Assembly: GCA_964525565.1 (NCBI GenBank)
Contig: CAZGHI010000007.1
Location: 2,904 to 52,270, forward strand
DNA length: 49,367 bases
Reading direction: 5' to 3'
Origin: an uncultured Hyphomicrobiales bacterium
Lineage (GTDB): Bacteria; Bacteroidota; Ignavibacteria; Kapaibacteriales; Kapaibacteriaceae
Shown here: positions 9,794-18,206 of the stretch, piece by piece
Layout of the letters: the number at the start of each line of letters is the position of its first letter
Position numbering within the stretch: the stretch's first letter is position 1
The notes under the pieces: model-generated
The model's input: only the letters and a program-made list of their open reading frames with translations
The model's database searches: none
Told to the model about the DNA's origin: nothing
Translations under genes and position numbers: made by a program

Positions 9794-10452
9794 GTCGCCT
9801 CCAAAAGCACGCCTTCGTGTAGTGTTTGTACCTTGGCAGAAGGAAAGATGTCCATCCATTCCAGCCGGTGACTTGTTACGATGAGGCCCATATTTTTTTC
9901 AACACGATTCTGTATTCGGCGAATAACACTTAATCGTGTCTCTTCGTCGAGCATACTCAATGGTTCGTCAGCCAGAAGAACGGTAGGCTCCATAGCAAAA
10001 GCACGGGCCAGCGATACTAACTGACGTTCTCCGCCGGAAAGTTGGTGAGGGTATAACTCCCGACAATGGCTAACGTTCAGCTCGGCCAGTAGTTCTAGTG
10101 TTTGCTTCAGCGCCTGAGCCTTGAGAAAACCACGTGCCGCAAGAACCATCTGAATGTTCTGCGAAACGGTAAACGCTTGTACCAACTCCGCAAACTGGTG
10201 TACTACTCCTAGCTGCGAGCGAAGAGTACGCAACCCTTTCGATCGCATAGCGGTAGTTGCTATTCCATTTACCCGCACCGTGCCAGTTGTTGGGAACATG
10301 TTACCCCACAGCAATTGTAAAATAGTTGACTTACCTGATCCGGTGGGCCCTCGGAGAATAAGAATTTCTGGACTTGTGTACGACAGGTTTACCCGAGAAA
10401 GAGCCGGGATTCCACCAAACGAAACAGTAACATCGGTAAGATCGAAGGTCAT
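9790..10452 (-). CDS. ABC transporter ATP-binding protein (FtsE-like), with no adjacent permease
   Basis: 220 aa. Walker A GPTGSGKST, signature LSGGERQ, Walker B LLADEP. Size and pattern resemble FtsE/LolD-type ATPases, but no FtsX-like gene follows. Confidence 0.8.
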   Translation of the reverse strand: MTFDLTDVTVSFGGIPALSRVNLSYTSPEILILRGPTGSGKSTILQLLWGNMFPTTGTVRVNGIATTAMRSKGLRTLRSQLGVVHQFAELVQAFTVSQNIQMVLAARGFLKAQALKQTLELLAELNVSHCRELYPHQLSGGERQLVSLARAFAMEPTVLLADEPLSMLDEETRLSVIRRIQNRVEKNMGLIVTSHRLEWMDIFPSAKVQTLHEGVLLEAT

Positions 10453-10469
10453 AACATCAACGAAAAGTT

Positions 10470-11513
10470 CTAAAGATGTTCCGGCGCGCGATTACTCATC
10501 AGGATTGCAAGGGGAACAGTAATGGGAAACTTTTCCATGATAACCTTTAGAATAGCCATGATGGGCACCGACAGTACCATGCCTACGATTCCCCACATCC
10601 AGCCCCAGAAGAAAAGTGAAAACAGCACAACAACCGGCGACAGATCCAGACTCTGACCCATAGCACGGGGTTCTAACACGTTACCAACAATATTCTGCAC
10701 AACCACAAGGATGCCAACAACAAAGAGTGCAATGCCAATGTTTTCAAACTGAACCATGGCAATGAAACCAGGTATAACGGTGGTGATAAACGAACCTATG
10801 TTTGGCAAATAGGCAAAGAAAAAAGTTAGCATTGCAATAACCGGAGCGAAATCCACGCCGAATATCCATAGCACGGTGTACATCACCAGAGCATTGAGAA
10901 TGTTAAATAGTGTTTTCACTCGCAGGTATCGGAGAACTTTAGCATTCACAGCTTGATAGATGCCGATCATGTGACTGCTCTGTACACTTGCTTGTGCTGC
11001 TTGCAACTTCTTCGGAAACTCGCTAGAGCCAAGTATCAAGAACACTAAATACAGCATCATCAGCACACCGTCGGAAATGATACCCACTGCCGACCCCAGC
11101 CAACCGGAGATAAGCTGTATGCCAGCATCAGCCGTAGATGCCGCCTGAAGTTTGCGAAGAACTTCTACCCCGCCCGGAACGGACGAAATAGCTTGCTCCG
11201 TGGTGCTCAACATCTTTTGAAACTTTTCCGAGTACACAGGCGCTTTCTCTATTGCACTGTCCACTCCCAGTGATACAATGGAGCTGATCCCCCAAATTGC
11301 TGAACCAACAAGACAGATTACAGCGATCAGACCCAACCAGGACGGACCACCTCGCTTACGAATGCCGTCAATGATCGGTCGGAATAGAATTGATAAAAAC
11401 ACAGCCAGCACAAATGGAAGTACAATATCACGTAGCACGTAAAGCACCGCTGCCGAAATGATAACGGAAATAACGAGCAGACTGATACTAGACTTGGCTT
11501 CACCTGCTTTCAT
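10470..11513 (-). CDS. AI-2E/PerM family transporter
   Basis: About 347 aa, polytopic (about 8 TM), with a central soluble loop and C-terminal GWMWGIVGMVLSVPIMAILKVI typical of the PerM/AI-2E family. The start is taken at ATG 11513 (MKAGEAKSS...); the ORF is open to 11561. Confidence 0.82.
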   Translation of the reverse strand: MKAGEAKSSISLLVISVIISAAVLYVLRDIVLPFVLAVFLSILFRPIIDGIRKRGGPSWLGLIAVICLVGSAIWGISSIVSLGVDSAIEKAPVYSEKFQKMLSTTEQAISSVPGGVEVLRKLQAASTADAGIQLISGWLGSAVGIISDGVLMMLYLVFLILGSSEFPKKLQAAQASVQSSHMIGIYQAVNAKVLRYLRVKTLFNILNALVMYTVLWIFGVDFAPVIAMLTFFFAYLPNIGSFITTVIPGFIAMVQFENIGIALFVVGILVVVQNIVGNVLEPRAMGQSLDLSPVVVLFSLFFWGWMWGIVGMVLSVPIMAILKVIMEKFPITVPLAILMSNRAPEHL

Positions 11514-11575
11514 ATGGCAATTTACCCAACAACACTGGCTATTTTCGCCGTTCCGATTCACTATACAGCGGAACT

Positions 11576-12547
11576 ATGAACAAGCCAATTTCTGATTTTA
11601 TTGAACAAAACTTCTTGCACTTTAATGCAGCAGCATTAGTAGATGCAGCAAAGGCGTACGTTGCCCATCTGAACGATGGCGGCAAAATGATGATCACTTT
11701 GGCCGGTGCGATGAGCACGGCAGAACTTGGAAAAACGCTTGCCGAGATGATTCGCCAGGACAAAGTACAGATAATCTCATGTACAGGGGCAAACCTTGAA
11801 GAAGATATCATGAATCTTGTTGCCCATTCACATTACAAGCGTGTTCCACACTATCGCGATCTCTCGCCACAAGATGAATGGGAACTTCTCGAAGGCGGAT
11901 TTAACCGCGTTACGGACACCTGCATTCCTGAAGAAGAGGCCTTTCGAAGAATTCAAAAGCATATTTATAAGCAGTGGAAAGGGGCTCAGGATGCCGGCGA
12001 TCGCGCATTCCCACACGAGTTCATGTATCGTATGTTGCTCAGCGGAGAAATGGAACAGTACTATGAAATCGATCCAAAGAATAGCTGGATGGTTGCCGCT
12101 GCAGAAAAGAATCTTCCAATAATTGTTCCCGGGTGGGAAGACAGTACTATGGGCAACATCTTTGCTTCGTACTGCATAAAGGGCGAGCTTAACCCGTCAA
12201 CTATGAAGAGCGGTATTGAATACATGGTTTGGCTTTCAGACTGGTACCGAAAAAACTCTGCCGGCAAGGGCGTTGGCTTCTTCCAAATTGGTGGTGGTAT
12301 TGCCGGCGACTTCCCAATCTGTGTTGTTCCCATGATGTATCAAGATCTGGGATGGCACGATGTTCCATTCTGGTCATACTTCTGTCAGATTTCCGACTCA
12401 ACAACGTCGTATGGATCGTACTCAGGTGCTGTTCCCAACGAAAAAATCACGTGGGGCAAATTGGGTATAGACACGCCCAAGTTTGTTGTAGAGTCCGATG
12501 CCACCATTGTTGCACCGTTGATGTTTGCATGGATATTGGGAATGTAA
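11576..12547 (+). CDS. deoxyhypusine synthase family protein (bacterial DHS-like)
   Basis: 323 aa. ISCTGANLEED NAD-binding region, GGGIAGDF, and NEKITWGK containing the lysine that is catalytic in eukaryotic and archaeal DHS. Confidence 0.85.
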   Translation: MNKPISDFIEQNFLHFNAAALVDAAKAYVAHLNDGGKMMITLAGAMSTAELGKTLAEMIRQDKVQIISCTGANLEEDIMNLVAHSHYKRVPHYRDLSPQDEWELLEGGFNRVTDTCIPEEEAFRRIQKHIYKQWKGAQDAGDRAFPHEFMYRMLLSGEMEQYYEIDPKNSWMVAAAEKNLPIIVPGWEDSTMGNIFASYCIKGELNPSTMKSGIEYMVWLSDWYRKNSAGKGVGFFQIGGGIAGDFPICVVPMMYQDLGWHDVPFWSYFCQISDSTTSYGSYSGAVPNEKITWGKLGIDTPKFVVESDATIVAPLMFAWILGM

Positions 12548-12564
12548 TACCCACGGTTGCGTTG

Positions 12565-13767
12565 CTAAGGAATTACAACTGCACGTTTATTGTCGTGTTC
12601 AACAAAGTACAATCCTGGTGGTATGGCATGCAAGGGCAGACTAACTGTAGGAGCATCTGCTACCCATTCAGATACAATACTGCCGGTAATGTTGATTATC
12701 CGAATTGGTTGTCCTAAACTGCAATGATGGATGCGGACCACATCCCCAACTCTTTCGATGGTGAGAGAGTGCACATCACGCGTGGCTACGCTGGCAGGTG
12801 TGCGACCAAGAACAACGTCAACATATACCGGTAAATGGTCGGAAACACATACCAGTGCCTCGGCAAGCTCTGCTGAGACTGCTTTGTTAGGTGGTTCATT
12901 GAGGGGACTGTTTAAGCGCGACGTGGAGTCGTTACCAAATGCAGTATAGGATCCCGGTACAAGCCAAGGGGCCAATTGCTCCGAAACAAAAATGTAGTCA
13001 AACCGATCGTCTAAACCACCGGTGGATCCCACAACACACCCTTGCGCATTGGTCATTCGTGTGCTCTGGGTGTACCAACCGGCAAAGAGAGATGCATCGC
13101 GCTGCCACTCAGTGCCTAGTGGGTCAACAAAGCGCCTACCAACCGTAGGTGAAACGAGTTGCTGATACGCTGCCTCGGACGGTGAATACACGTTAAAATC
13201 TCCACAGGCGATAACATAATCCTGATTTGTAACGGCCAACTGTAAGGCTGCAATTTCCCGCGATCGTTGGGCCGCTGCCGAAGCATCGTTGTTAGCCTTT
13301 AAATGCAGTGAGTATATAACGAGAGTGTCAGGGAGCCGATCAGATTCGGGGTTTATTTGCAGAGTGTATTCTGCGATGTTTCGCAGTTCGGTTGAAATCA
13401 CGCGCTGCGATAAAAAGGTAAACATGTTCTGATTGTACAGTAACTGGTTGTCGGTGTCCCGACCGTCAATAAATGGAGTTGCGGCAAAGGGTGCGTACGT
13501 TAGAATGTTAGTAACAAAGTGTGGTCCCATGGTAGCATTTATTACCTCGGAGCACACCAGCAAATCCGGACGGATGGCATCCAAAATGCGCTTGAACGCG
13601 TCAGTTCGACCTCCGTCGTTGCTCAGGCTGTAATTCAAGATGTTGTATGCACAAATCCTAACGGTATCGGCAGCGTGGGCAAAACCTACGCACAGTACTG
13701 CTAGAATGGTGGTGGCTACAATCGTTCTGCTATTCGGCCAACCAGAGGTGTTCGCAGACCTTTTCAT
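12565..13767 (-). CDS. secreted endonuclease/exonuclease/phosphatase (EEP) family protein with T9SS C-terminal domain
   Basis: 400 aa. Signal peptide, RICAYNILN near the N-terminus, C-terminal catalytic SDHLPVYVDV, then an approximately 80-aa Por-type tail (...PGLYFVEHDNKRAVVIP). Confidence 0.8.
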   Translation of the reverse strand: MKRSANTSGWPNSRTIVATTILAVLCVGFAHAADTVRICAYNILNYSLSNDGGRTDAFKRILDAIRPDLLVCSEVINATMGPHFVTNILTYAPFAATPFIDGRDTDNQLLYNQNMFTFLSQRVISTELRNIAEYTLQINPESDRLPDTLVIYSLHLKANNDASAAAQRSREIAALQLAVTNQDYVIACGDFNVYSPSEAAYQQLVSPTVGRRFVDPLGTEWQRDASLFAGWYTQSTRMTNAQGCVVGSTGGLDDRFDYIFVSEQLAPWLVPGSYTAFGNDSTSRLNSPLNEPPNKAVSAELAEALVCVSDHLPVYVDVVLGRTPASVATRDVHSLTIERVGDVVRIHHCSLGQPIRIINITGSIVSEWVADAPTVSLPLHAIPPGLYFVEHDNKRAVVIP

Positions 13768-14106
13768 GCGGCAAAGCTAGCAGAACACGGCTCATCATCT
13801 TGTTTGTAAGTCCACAAAATCGTACAACAGCAAATGATGCAGTGGATTGAACTGGTAGTGCGAATTCGGCATTGAGTTGTGGAACACAACTCGTGCATAT
13901 GCTACATGCCTTCAATATTATCAACACGGTTTTGGATTTTTAATTCGTGCGATTCCACAGCAAACACCCTTATGATATGGCATGGCAGGCATCCTCGTTA
14001 AAATTTTTGAGTATTGTAAATGTGATTCGAACTGCTCTGTATCTATGCCGTTGTTATATGCAGCAGACTCAGAGTTGCCACGATCGCAGAAGTTTGCACT
14101 AACCAG

Positions 14107-14692
14107 CTAGTATTCACCGCCGATTTTTCGTGATTGGGGAATACCCGGAATTGCCGGCAGCTTGGTTGGCTTTCTAACATTCACTGCCGTGTCAGTTAGC
14201 GCCTCCATAAAGGCGATCAAGTCTGCGTAATCCTGTTCTGTGAAGTGTAGTCGGTCTGATGCAAGTGTTTGGTGCGTAGGATTTGTGCCAATGCCCAAGC
14301 CCCCTCCCAGATCGTAAAACTTCAGAACATCGTTGAGTGTTGGATACGCTCCATTATGCATATACGGGGCGGTGAGCGCAACATTGCGAATGGTGGGCGT
14401 TTTAAACGAGTGCCGGTATATCTCTGCTCCGTCGCGCAGGGCACCGCCAAAACGTCCTACATCAGGATCGAGGATAGCATGTGATGTGTCAACAGACATA
14501 GGAACACCTAGAACCTCGCTTTCTGATTCGGTGAAGGCCGGAGGAACATAGCCAGCGAAGGTTGGTGCAAAGTGACATGTTCCGCAGGCAGCACGGCCCA
14601 TGAATGTGTTGAATCCCCGCCGCACGGCTGGATTGAGCTGAATATTCTCTCCCCGCAAATACCGGTCAACCGGACTATTGAAGCCGACGAGC
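14107..14692 (-). pseudogene. di-haem cytochrome c peroxidase family, C-terminal fragment (second haem domain), out of frame with the upstream part
   Basis: Frame B reads ...TLVGFNSPVDRYLRGENIQLNPAVRRGFNTFMGRAACGTCHFAP...PYMHNGAYPTL... It contains the second CxxCH (CGTCH). Continuity with frame A is lost near 14691-14693. Confidence 0.8.
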
Positions 14693-16037
14693 GTTCCACA
14701 TACGCTGTAATGGCCAGGGAGATATTGGCAGGTGTTATGGGTGCATCTTCGTTGAACACGGTACGAAACCGAGTTTCGTATTCCTCTGAAGTTCGCAACC
14801 TGGCAACGGCCTCAAGAAGACTAAACCCGAACTCTTTTGGATCGTGCACTACATGGTCTATTACTTCGCTCAGCCGTTCTGCACGCAGGTCATAAAAAAA
14901 ACGTCGGGCAAACACGGCATTCAGTAATGTTGGTGCATTTCGGGTAACGGTTCCGTTACCATCTCGTGCCAAACTCTTCGCCCGACCATCGGTAAAGGCA
15001 AGCTCAGGCATGTGACATGATGCGCAGGAACGATTGACATCTGCGGACAGTACAGGGTCAAAAAACAAGAGTGCGCCTAGTTCAATTAGATCCGGTGTTA
15101 CGCTGTTTTTGTACAGGCCAGTCCACATATATGGATTTAAAACATTATTATCGAACAAGTACTGTCCTCGCGGATTGAGGGGTACATCGCTACTGTGAAC
15201 TTCATCGGCATGTTCAATTTCGAGCGCATCCTGCACACGAAGCGTTAATCCGTACAGTGGGTTCAAGACGTTTCTGATGATTTCCATTCGGTCCAGCTCA
15301 TCAGGAGAGTTCACGTTGTTAAGCATCGTTACGCCCCGTGATAACACTGCAGATACTGTGTCGGCCAAGGGGCTGTGGTTGCGCTGGCTGAGCGGTTCTT
15401 GAAATCCTTCAAGAATGAATCCTATTGTGGACAGTGCAGTGGCTTCGTCGCAGAAGGTAACATTGCCGGAGGGTCTGTCGAAGCCGCTAAGACCAAGCGC
15501 TGTTATTCTCATGATTCCTGACCGGCAAGCTTCGATTTGCATGCGTTCGGACCAGCGCATGCTGCGCAGTACACTACACATCTCGGCAGTACCCGTACGC
15601 AGTGAACGAAGTAGTTCAACGATACGTTCTTTCTCAGTAAGAACTACTGAGTCCGATTCAGCGAGAATCTCATCGAGAACCTGTAGGCCAACAGGTTGCA
15701 ACTCTTCAATAAACTGTGATTTTTGATCGAGCCGAGGAAGAGGGGCGCCATTGATAAACCAGGTTACGTGAGTGGGATCTGCATATTCAGCCAGCGGTTC
15801 GATGGTTTTCCATCGAATGCGAACATGTGCATAGTGCTCTCGTAAAGCGCCAGCCTGATTCGAAGTGGAGAGAGCAATTGCAGCTTGAAGCATGTCCTCG
15901 ATGGAAACACTAAGATCTGTGCCGGACCGAACAATGAACTGGTGTATGCGAAGGTGGCGTGGTTGCGTGTGTTTCCACGCGGTAAGGCATAGACCTACGA
16001 TAAGAGAGTACCCCAGACAAGCAATAAATGAGCGCAT
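14508..16037 (-). pseudogene. di-haem cytochrome c peroxidase family, N-terminal fragment (about 310-aa N-terminal extension plus first haem domain)
   Basis: Signal/TM N-terminus and the first haem motif CASCH with FFDPVLSADVNRSCASCHMPELAFTDG. After ...AITAYVER the frame runs into about 60 unrelated codons (SSASIVRLTGICGE...). This indicates a 1-nt deletion relative to an intact gene spanning 14107-16037. Confidence 0.8.
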
Positions 16038-16073
16038 GGTTGGTGGCTTTCAGTACGTGTTCTAGTAAACACC

Positions 16074-16106
16074 AAGGGACCAGTCGTTAGAACAGACTGG
16101 TCCCTT
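16074..16106 (-). terminator. strong hairpin, probable intrinsic terminator after the PhoX-like gene
   Basis: Perfect 12-bp stem AAGGGACCAGTC / GACTGGTCCCTT with a 9-nt loop, 26 nt past the stop at 16132. On the transcribed (minus) strand it is followed by GGUGUUUAC, an imperfect U tract. Confidence 0.65.
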
Positions 16107-16131
16107 CTGTATAGATGACTATCTCGAAGCG

Positions 16132-17385
16132 TTAACGCTGCAGAACTATTTGCTGGGTTTTACCGCTCGCTGTCATTAAATAGTACACACCGCCTGGAAG
16201 ATCAGCAATGTTCATCGTGTTTGCCTCGCGAACAACGCGTACACGTTCACCTGCGGCATTATACAGTGCAGCATCGGTGTACTCTGAAAATACAAGTGCA
16301 CCCGATGTAGGATTAGGGAACACGCGAATTCCGGAGGGATCCTTTGCGTCATCTTCAGCAATGTTGGACACAAGCTGCTTTAATCCTGTAATTGCGAACG
16401 TCAGTGAGTTTTTTGCTGCCGGGTCCGTAATCTCGGCCGAAATTGGGTGTTGAGAGTTAATCAGCACCGTATTCCCGTCATCGAGACTTACAAATCCGGT
16501 TATTTCGGTACCATATGGAGAAATTGCCAGGCGATACAGATTGCTTAACGTTGGTTCCTTAGACATATCTAAGAGAAATGCCTCGCAATTTGTGCCGCGA
16601 AGCCCTGTATTCGGCATTCTTCCCATGTTAACACCGTTCAGGTCTTCTTCAATAACCATAAAGGTTTTGCCATTTACATGCAGGAAACCCAATCCATCCG
16701 GGTTAGAAAGGTGTATGTCGGGATATACACCAGGCGATGCCTGAGCATCGGTAAGCTCTGGTCCTCCTTCAAGGAAGGAACGTATTGAATTGTCTGTAGG
16801 ATCGAAAACGAGAACCCGACCGTAGAAGTCCTTCATATCGGAACCTTCAACATCCCACCCGTTTGCGGCAGCACGATCTGTTGTGTGTTTTGGCAATTGC
16901 CAGCCAGCAGCACGGGCACTCTTATATGCAGACCCCGGACGATCGATGCCTGTTTCTGTGATGTATAGTTTGCCGTCGGTTTTGTTAAACGCACCCCATT
17001 CAAGTCGTGAGAACCCAGTAATGCCTTGCGTTGCCGCCCAAGTGTGGGGTGCAGACAGTATGTCCCAGTTGGTTGCGGGATCGTTTGGTACCTGCACCCA
17101 CGTACCGGTGAATGCGTTTGGATTTTGTTTGTAGAAGTATAATTTACCTTTAGTGAAATCCCCTGGTTCATCCGCAACGAATTTGGATAGAAGCGACCGA
17201 CCGCCGGCACCATCTTCGAAGAGATACACCGTTTTTATGTCCTCCATAACAACGCCCCCTTCAAAGCCTTGGCGACCCCAATTGTACTGCTTGCGAACAG
17301 CCTTTGCTGTTTTCGGGTCAATTTCAACCATCCAGTTCAGGTTTTGGTAACGTGGAATTCGCTTGCCATCCAGCCCCGGAAAACC
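16132..17385 (-). pseudogene. PhoX/DUF839-like phosphatase, C-terminal part with T9SS sorting domain (same frame as 17386-17988, separated only by a UGA)
   Basis: GFPGLDGKRIPRYQNLNWMVEIDPKTAKAVRKQYNWGRQGFEGG... is a PhoX-like beta-propeller sequence. The C-terminus IRVFPNPTSGALVFSEY...GGVYYLMTASGKTQQIVLQR is a Por/T9SS tail. There is no signal peptide of its own. The alternative reading is one recoded CDS. Confidence 0.7.
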
Positions 17386-17988
17386 TCAAGGTTGTTTTGA
17401 ACCAATCACAAAATCTGTTGTGTCGCGAAACTGATTGCCGTTTCCATAGATTCCTTTGTTACTGGTTTGATACCATTCTTCAGCTGTCCAAACCCGACCG
17501 CCCTGCGACATGCCTCCGCAGTTCATTCCTGTTTCGCCAACGGTGTTAACAAAGTCCACGTTGAAGAACTTACCGGTACGTCCATCCGGAAGAGTCTGGT
17601 CGAGAACTTCAAGTGTACCGTCGGCTTTTTTACCAAGCTTGAACATCGTCATACCGCCACCGTCGCCCACGGCATCATTTGCCTCCATCATTTCGTGGTT
17701 AACGATGATGTAGCCAAGTGATGCGCCGGTTGGATCGGCAGCATATCCGATATAGTCGTGCCACTGCTTAGCTGCCGTTTTTCCGTTTGGCCTACCATTG
17801 GCATCTACGGTTTGAACTGAGTCAACACCACCAACGAAAATGTTTTGATACTTCAATGGTGATGGGGGAACTACGACCCGTCCCTGCAAGTACGGAATCA
17901 TGGTTATTGGTTCAATCTTCACGGGGAAGTTTTGTGCTGTGAGGGTAACGGCACAGCCCAGCGAGAGCGCGAGAAGCAGTTGCTTCAT
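17386..17988 (-). pseudogene. PhoX/DUF839-like phosphatase, N-terminal part with signal peptide, ending at an in-frame TGA
   Basis: MKQLLLALSLGCAVTLTAQ signal, then ...YIIVNHEMMEANDAVGDGGGMT...GGMSQGGRVWTAEEW... It ends ...DFVIGSKQP-TGA (17386-17388) in the same frame as the downstream ORF. Confidence 0.7.
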
Positions 17989-18206
17989 GGCTAATCCTGA
18001 AAGTGGTGAATGAGGTGTATTTGATCGGTGAAAGAAGGCAGATGCTCAAGTGTCTGCCTAACGCCGAAGCGAAACTATTGGCAGTGTATTATCGGAGTTT
18101 TTTGGTTCTATTAAGCAATGAATACGATTGTGTTGTGCGGGTGATTTTCGCAGGCTTGTCTTTAACTACCGTATGAATCAGCCAACGATCGTGAGGATAT
18201 TTGTAC

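Noticed and set aside
9794-9859. Longer dapB start (MDGHLSFCQGTNTTRRRAFGGD...)
   Set aside because: It would overlap the upstream ABC ATPase gene by 70 nt. The ATG at 9793 gives the canonical MTRIALVGYGSMG N-terminus and an ATGA overlap.
11539-11811. 90-aa minus-strand ORF spanning the AI-2E/DHS divergent region
   Set aside because: It overlaps the 5' end of the DHS-like gene in antisense and has no motifs. The AI-2E gene is better started at 11513.
14000-14040. tRNA-like TTCGAA element (gtgattcgaactgc) in the long intergenic region
   Set aside because: I could draw no acceptor stem or D/anticodon arms around it, and it lacks the GGTTCGAAT context of a T-loop. It is not a tRNA.
14685-14700. 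Programmed ribosomal frameshift in the cytochrome c peroxidase
   Set aside because: The junction (GTGGAACGCTCGTC) has no slippery X XXY YYZ or homopolymer sequence, and I saw no obvious stimulatory structure. A simple 1-nt indel fits better.
17386-17388. Global reassignment of TGA to a sense codon (code 4/25) as the explanation for the internal UGA
   Set aside because: TGA clearly terminates many well-defined genes here. Examples are the ATGA/GTGA overlaps at 9790-9793, 36526-36529, 40145-40148, 45115-45118 and 46128-46131, and the stops of the 18207 and 25764 genes. The standard code 11 therefore applies.
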